Part shown: piece after piece, positions 16,804-21,008 of the stretch | Layout of the letters: every line of letters begins with the position of its first letter | Numbering within the stretch: position 1 is the first letter of the stretch | DNA from: Planctomycetota bacterium | GTDB taxonomy: Bacteria; Planctomycetota; SZUA-567; H5-PLA8 | NCBI GenBank assembly: GCA_045863855.1 | Contig: BTVV01000108.1 | Location: 1-21,008 of the forward strand | Length of the DNA stretch: 21,008 bases | Reading direction: 5' to 3' | Position numbers and translations under genes: made by a program | The notes under the pieces: generated by a model | What the model saw: only the letters and a program-made list of their open reading frames with translations | What the model was told of the DNA's origin: nothing | Database searches by the model: none

Positions 16804-17721
16804 ATGGCCGTGACGTGCGACGAATGCCGCGACCGCCTGCAGGATCTCGTCGACGGAGAACTCTCCGCCGCCGAGAAAGCCGCGCTGGACGCCCATATCG
16901 GCGGCTGCGCCGAATGCGCCGAAGTCCATCGCCGATTGGCCAAGTTCACCACCACCATGGTCAAGGCCGCCCAGCCCCTGCGGCCCGGCAGCGATTTCAC
17001 CAGCAAGGTCATGCAGCGCTTCGAGGAATCCAAGGCCGAACTCGAGCGCGTCCCCCCCAGCGCCGCCGGATTGCCACAAGCCACGCGCAGCTACCCCGTC
17101 TGGCCCTTCGCCGCCGGCATCGCCGCGCTCGTGCTCCTCAGCGTACTCTTCTTGCTCCGCAGCGGCGAACCCGCGCTCGGCAGACTCACCCGAAACCCCC
17201 AAGCCGCGCAGGTCCTCACCTACGTCAACGGAGGATGGATCGAACAGACCGGCGATCGCACCATCCGCAGCGGCAACCGCATCCTCGCCACCCAATCGGC
17301 CGGAACCCCCGTCGGATTCGGCTTCGAAGGCGGCCGCGGACTGCGCGTCTTCCTCCGCTCGCCCAGCGCCGTACACCTCGAACAGCGACTCGGACAGATC
17401 GTGCTCATCCCCATGGACGAAGCCCCCGGACGCATCCGGCTCGTCACCGACGGAGCCCCCGGCGCGCCCGAACAAGTCGTCCGCGTCAGCCTCCGCAAAG
17501 CATGGGTCGAAGTGAAACTCGCAGACCGCAGCGAAGTCGACGTCACGCCCGAAGGCGGCAACTTGCTCGTCTCCGTCAAGCACGGCTCCGCGCGCATCGG
17601 CAACCACACCGAAACCCAGCCCGTCGCCGAAGGCTACTCCCGAGGCGTACCCCAAGAAGGCGAATGCACCCCCGCCGAACAAGCCAAAACCGACGCCTTC
17701 GCCTGGCTCGACGATAAGTAG
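16804..17721 (+). CDS. Zinc-binding anti-sigma factor (zf-HC2) with TM segment and FecR-like beta domain
   Basis: TCDEC...DGELS...HIGGCAEC (HxxxCxxC), TM WPFAAGIAALVLLSVLFLL, beta-rich C-terminus ending VSVKHGSARI. Start may instead be GTG 16774. Confidence 0.88.
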   Translation: MAVTCDECRDRLQDLVDGELSAAEKAALDAHIGGCAECAEVHRRLAKFTTTMVKAAQPLRPGSDFTSKVMQRFEESKAELERVPPSAAGLPQATRSYPVWPFAAGIAALVLLSVLFLLRSGEPALGRLTRNPQAAQVLTYVNGGWIEQTGDRTIRSGNRILATQSAGTPVGFGFEGGRGLRVFLRSPSAVHLEQRLGQIVLIPMDEAPGRIRLVTDGAPGAPEQVVRVSLRKAWVEVKLADRSEVDVTPEGGNLLVSVKHGSARIGNHTETQPVAEGYSRGVPQEGECTPAEQAKTDAFAWLDDK

Positions 17722-17834
17722 CTTGGCGGAAGGTCAACGGTAAACCGTATGCCTGGGACCGCGAGCGGAGCGGCTCGAACGGCACGTGCCGCCGCCCCCG
17801 CGCTCCGGTTTCGCACGGACGCCCAATCCACGCG

Positions 17835-19727
17835 TCAACGGCCCCTCGGCTGCGGATTCGGGGGCGTCACTTCCCCAACCGATCCGGCGTCGCGCGTACC
17901 GCCCACGCTTACGGGCGTGCGCTTGCGTTCCGTCCACTCGACCGCGTCGCCAATCTTGGGTGTCGCCTCGCCCGCATGGTAGGCCGCGAGCGACATGTCC
18001 GTGTACACCTTGAGGATCACCACTTCCACCGCCGGTTGGCTCGACTTCAGGAGCCCTACCGCGTGCACCTCCTGCTTTTGCGCCAAGCCGCCGGAGATCA
18101 TCACCAGCTTTAACTCGGGTTTGACGGCGAGCACTCGGGCGCCTTCAGCCGGTTGGGCGGCTTTGAGGGCTTCCCGAGCCTGCGCTTCCGCGAGCAGCGC
18201 TTCCAGGATGGCCTTCTGGACTTCCGCCTCTTGCCCCGCTTCGCCCACCGCTCGCTGCGGATTCGGCGCGGAGGTCGATGGGAGGGCGGGCGGAGGGGTT
18301 GGAGCGGAAGCAGGCTCAAGCGGCGTAACCGGCGCCGAACCTGCACTCGCTTCGCCCACCGCACGCCGCGGATGCGGCTCGGAGGTCGATGGGGGGGCGG
18401 GCGGAGGGATCGGAGCGGAAGCAGGCTCAAGCGGCGTGACCGGCGCCGAACCTACTCTCACTTCGACCGCCGGGCGCGAATGCCCCGTCCCAGAGGGTTG
18501 CGCCGCCGCCGCTTCGACCGCCTTGGCCTGCGCCAGACCCTGCGCCAAGCACCGCTCCGCGAGCGCCTGCAAGCGCGCATCCCCGATCCGTCGGGACAGC
18601 ACCAACAGGTCCTTCGCCTGCATGACCGCTTCATTCGCTTTTCCGGTGGCCAACGCTTCTTCGCAGCGAGCCAACAACGCTTGAAACCGGTCCCGGTCGG
18701 CTTGCGTGCCCTCCGCCAGCGCCTCCTCCGCCGCCTCGGAGACCGCGCGGTCGCGGTCGTCCAGCGCTCCGCGCAGCAGGCGCAGCGCCTCCGGCGACGT
18801 CGGCGCAAGCTTGCCCAGCAGCCGCACCGTCGTGCGCCGGACGCCGAAGTGCGGATGCAGCAGCAACTCCGCCGCGCGCGGCAAATCCGCTTCACGCAAC
18901 TCCAGCGTGGCCAGCACCTCTTCCGCCAGCTTGCGCGACGCGCCGTCGCCTTCGTTCAACGCCGGAGCCACCACCGCCAGCGTCTCCGAACCCAGCTTCG
19001 CCAGCGCCGCACGCGCCGGCTTGGACGCGCCGTCCGCCAAAAGCTCCTTGAACCACTCCCCCGCCGTGCGGCCCTCGTACATCGCCGGGCCGCGGCGCAA
19101 CTGCTCCTGCAAATAGCTCAGGGTCGCATTCTTCGGGTCCGGCTCGAACTTCTCCGCTTCCTTCAGCAATTCGGCCGCGGCCGCCCAGTCCTTCCGCGCC
19201 AGCGCCTCTTGGGCTTGATCCAGGAGGCGCGTGGCCCGGACGTGAAAATCCGCCCCCGGCGGCAGCTTCGCCGGCTCGGGCGGCGTAACCGGGGCCGGAT
19301 CCGGCGGCGCCGGCGGCTTCACCGCTTCCGCGCCCTCCCCTTCGCCGCCCAGTGCGAAGACCGCCGGTGCTTCCGGCGCGGCCTTCGCCGCCGGCAGCGC
19401 CTGCGCCGTCTCGCCTTCCGGCTCGGACCGCGCATTCAGCAACGCCACGAACGATAGCGTAGCGGCCAGCACCACCGCCGCCGCGATTCCGTACAGCCCC
19501 CAGTTCGACGCCCGCGGCGCTTCCTGCCGCGCCGCCGATCGCCCCGCCGCCGCGTGCGCCAGTTCGTCCCGAAACCACGCGTTCTCGCGCACCAGCGCCT
19601 CCAGTTCTTCGCGGCAAGAGGAACAGGCCGCCAGATGCACCTCGAACTGCGTGCGGGGCTCGCCCGCCGCCAGCGCCTCCAACTGCGCGCCGCTCAGATG
19701 CGTTGCATTCGATCCGTGATCGCTCAT
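17835..19727 (-). CDS. Zinc-binding anti-sigma factor with TM segment, TPR/HEAT repeats, Pro-rich duplication and C-terminal beta domain
   Basis: HLAACSSC motif, TM YGIAAAVVLAATLSFVALL, HEAT-like units (HPHFGVRRTTVRLLGKL, ALDDRDRAVSEAAEEAL). ATGA overlap with the upstream sigma factor. Confidence 0.85.
   Translation of the reverse strand: MSDHGSNATHLSGAQLEALAAGEPRTQFEVHLAACSSCREELEALVRENAWFRDELAHAAAGRSAARQEAPRASNWGLYGIAAAVVLAATLSFVALLNARSEPEGETAQALPAAKAAPEAPAVFALGGEGEGAEAVKPPAPPDPAPVTPPEPAKLPPGADFHVRATRLLDQAQEALARKDWAAAAELLKEAEKFEPDPKNATLSYLQEQLRRGPAMYEGRTAGEWFKELLADGASKPARAALAKLGSETLAVVAPALNEGDGASRKLAEEVLATLELREADLPRAAELLLHPHFGVRRTTVRLLGKLAPTSPEALRLLRGALDDRDRAVSEAAEEALAEGTQADRDRFQALLARCEEALATGKANEAVMQAKDLLVLSRRIGDARLQALAERCLAQGLAQAKAVEAAAAQPSGTGHSRPAVEVRVGSAPVTPLEPASAPIPPPAPPSTSEPHPRRAVGEASAGSAPVTPLEPASAPTPPPALPSTSAPNPQRAVGEAGQEAEVQKAILEALLAEAQAREALKAAQPAEGARVLAVKPELKLVMISGGLAQKQEVHAVGLLKSSQPAVEVVILKVYTDMSLAAYHAGEATPKIGDAVEWTERKRTPVSVGGTRDAGSVGEVTPPNPQPRGR
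18237..18453. repeat. In-frame tandem duplication with 111-bp period (37 aa)
   Basis: 18237-18342 versus 18348-18453: 8 mismatches in 106 nt by manual alignment, no indels. Confidence 0.92.
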
Positions 19728-20272
19728 GGCCCCAAATCCTTTAACCAGACCCGTAACTGCTGCCGAGCGCGGTACAGCCGCGCACGCAACGATTCGGCCG
19801 AAACGTCCAGTTCCCGCGACGCGTCCTCGTGCGAAAGCCCCTCCTGAAAGACCAGCAGGAACGCCGTCCGCTGGCTGTCCGGCAGCCGCTCCACCGCCGC
19901 CCGCAGCCGCCCGCGCACTTCCGCCGCCTCCAACGCCTCCGCGCGCTCCGGCGCCGCCGCTTCCAGCCTCTCCCGGCTAACCGGACGCCGTTTCGAAAGC
20001 TGATCCAGCGCCACCCGACGCGCCGTCGTCCGCGCCAGCGCCTCCAGCGAGTTCACCCGGATCTCCTCGCGCGCGCCGAATCGCAGCAGCTTCACGCACG
20101 CCTCCTGAACCGCGTCCTCGATATCTTCCGAACGCCGCAGAATCGCCCCCGCCGAACGCCGCAACAGCGGGCGCAAGCGCTCCAACTCCGCGCGCACCGA
20201 TCCCCCGCCCTCGCACGAAGCGAAACGCGGACCGGAAGCGCCGGGTTCGGCCGGCCGGATCGGAGATTCCAT
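19724..20272 (-). CDS. ECF RNA polymerase sigma factor
   Basis: DIEDAVQEACVKLL, ARRVALDQL, region 4 LPDSQRTAFLLVFQEGLSHEDAS...RARLYRAR. Start ATG 20272 (or TTG 20290). Confidence 0.9.
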   Translation of the reverse strand: MESPIRPAEPGASGPRFASCEGGGSVRAELERLRPLLRRSAGAILRRSEDIEDAVQEACVKLLRFGAREEIRVNSLEALARTTARRVALDQLSKRRPVSRERLEAAAPERAEALEAAEVRGRLRAAVERLPDSQRTAFLLVFQEGLSHEDASRELDVSAESLRARLYRARQQLRVWLKDLGP

Positions 20273-20326
20273 TAAGGTTCTCAAGCCCAAGCTACGCCCC
20301 TCGTCCGGTGGCCGTATGCCAGCCTT

Positions 20327-20351
20327 TACGCCCGGCGCGAGGAAACGTGAC
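20327..20351 (-). promoter_or_regulatory. Putative ECF-type (autoregulatory) promoter
   Basis: Minus strand GTCAC-N16-CGTA upstream of the sigma gene. Confidence 0.4.
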
Positions 20352-20392
20352 GCTTAATTTTCGATTCGGGGAACGCTATAGGACCGCACGAC

Positions 20393-21008
20393 TTAAACAC
20401 CCCACACCGCATCCAGAACGGCCTTGGTGCGCGGAGCTTCCCCCGCGTCGGCGCGCAGCCGCGCGTGCAACGCCCGCAGATCCGCCGCACTGTGCAGCGC
20501 CGCGCACGCCGGACCTTTCACCGCCCGCAGATGGCAGCGCACCAGATGATGAAACGGATCGCCCGCCGCCGCTTCGCCCGACCACGAAGCGTGCTCGAAG
20601 ACTTTCGCAGGCACCCCCGCCGCCAGCGCCAGCCACGCCGGCACGCCCGCGTTCGACGCAACCATGAACGTCGACGCCCCCTCGGCCAGCTCCATCCCGC
20701 GCGTCAGCTCCGCCAACGGCACGTTCAACGTCTCCGCCTGCGCGTAACCCACCGGACCCCAGCCCTTCAGCGCCGCCAGTTGCTGCGCGCAGCGCCAGCG
20801 ATGCGCCCGATCGCCCTCGGCCTGCGGCAAAAGCGTCCACGCGTCCGTCCAGCCTTCGCGTTCCAGCAGCGCCTTAAACGCCGCCCGCGCCGAAAGCGGC
20901 TCGAAGCAGAGCACCCGCCGCCAGCCCCGCGCCGCCGCCACCGCGCCGCAGCGCGCCAGCCCGTCCAGCACCAACGCCTCCGCCAGCCGCGCCGCCTCCG
21001 CCGCGCTC
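20393..21008 (-). CDS. DUF2064/TIGR04282-like GT-A fold protein, apparently degenerate (5' end outside window)
   Basis: Frame is open to the window edge: AEAARLAEALVLD...RVLCFEP...LLPQAEGD...VFEHASWS...HSAADLRAL follows the DUF2064 motif order. Confidence 0.6.
   Translation of the reverse strand, partial: SAAEAARLAEALVLDGLARCGAVAAARGWRRVLCFEPLSARAAFKALLEREGWTDAWTLLPQAEGDRAHRWRCAQQLAALKGWGPVGYAQAETLNVPLAELTRGMELAEGASTFMVASNAGVPAWLALAAGVPAKVFEHASWSGEAAAGDPFHHLVRCHLRAVKGPACAALHSAADLRALHARLRADAGEAPRTKAVLDAVWGV

Noticed and set aside
15580..17682. Upstream extension of sigma ORF (from 15580) and 568-aa minus-strand ORF
   Set aside because: The extension overlaps the coiled-coil gene and the promoter region, and an SD supports 16036. 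The minus ORF is antisense to clear sigma/anti-sigma genes.
17722..17834. Bidirectional terminator or REP between convergent anti-sigma genes
   Set aside because: Only short palindromes (e.g. ACGGTAAACCGT), no U-tract and no second copy in the window.

Overview
A very GC-rich, densely coding bacterial chromosomal segment. The gene inventory (two ECF sigma/zinc anti-sigma pairs, HEAT repeats, a DUF4175-like protein, orphan lipoproteins) suggests Planctomycetota or a PVC relative; this is inference only. Left to right: a partial gene end; a beta-hydroxyacid dehydrogenase; a three-gene glycosylation operon (GT2-methyltransferase fusion, polytopic GT-C-like protein with a WWD motif, GT4); priA; a membrane-anchored hypothetical plus an ABC ATPase with no permease; three minus-strand envelope genes; mscL; a coiled-coil membrane protein plus a repeat lipoprotein; two convergent ECF sigma/anti-sigma pairs; and a partial, apparently degenerate DUF2064-like gene. 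I saw no tRNA, rRNA, CRISPR array or mobile element. The best candidates for undescribed biology are (i) the coiled-coil plus 4x 'P-x4-GW' lipoprotein pair next to mscL, which has a structured leader, and (ii) the STT3/PglB-like WWD protein in the glycosylation operon. Smaller signals include two leaderless promoters, a dispersed T-rich intergenic element and a recent 111-bp intragenic duplication. All family assignments come from motif recognition by eye, not database searches.
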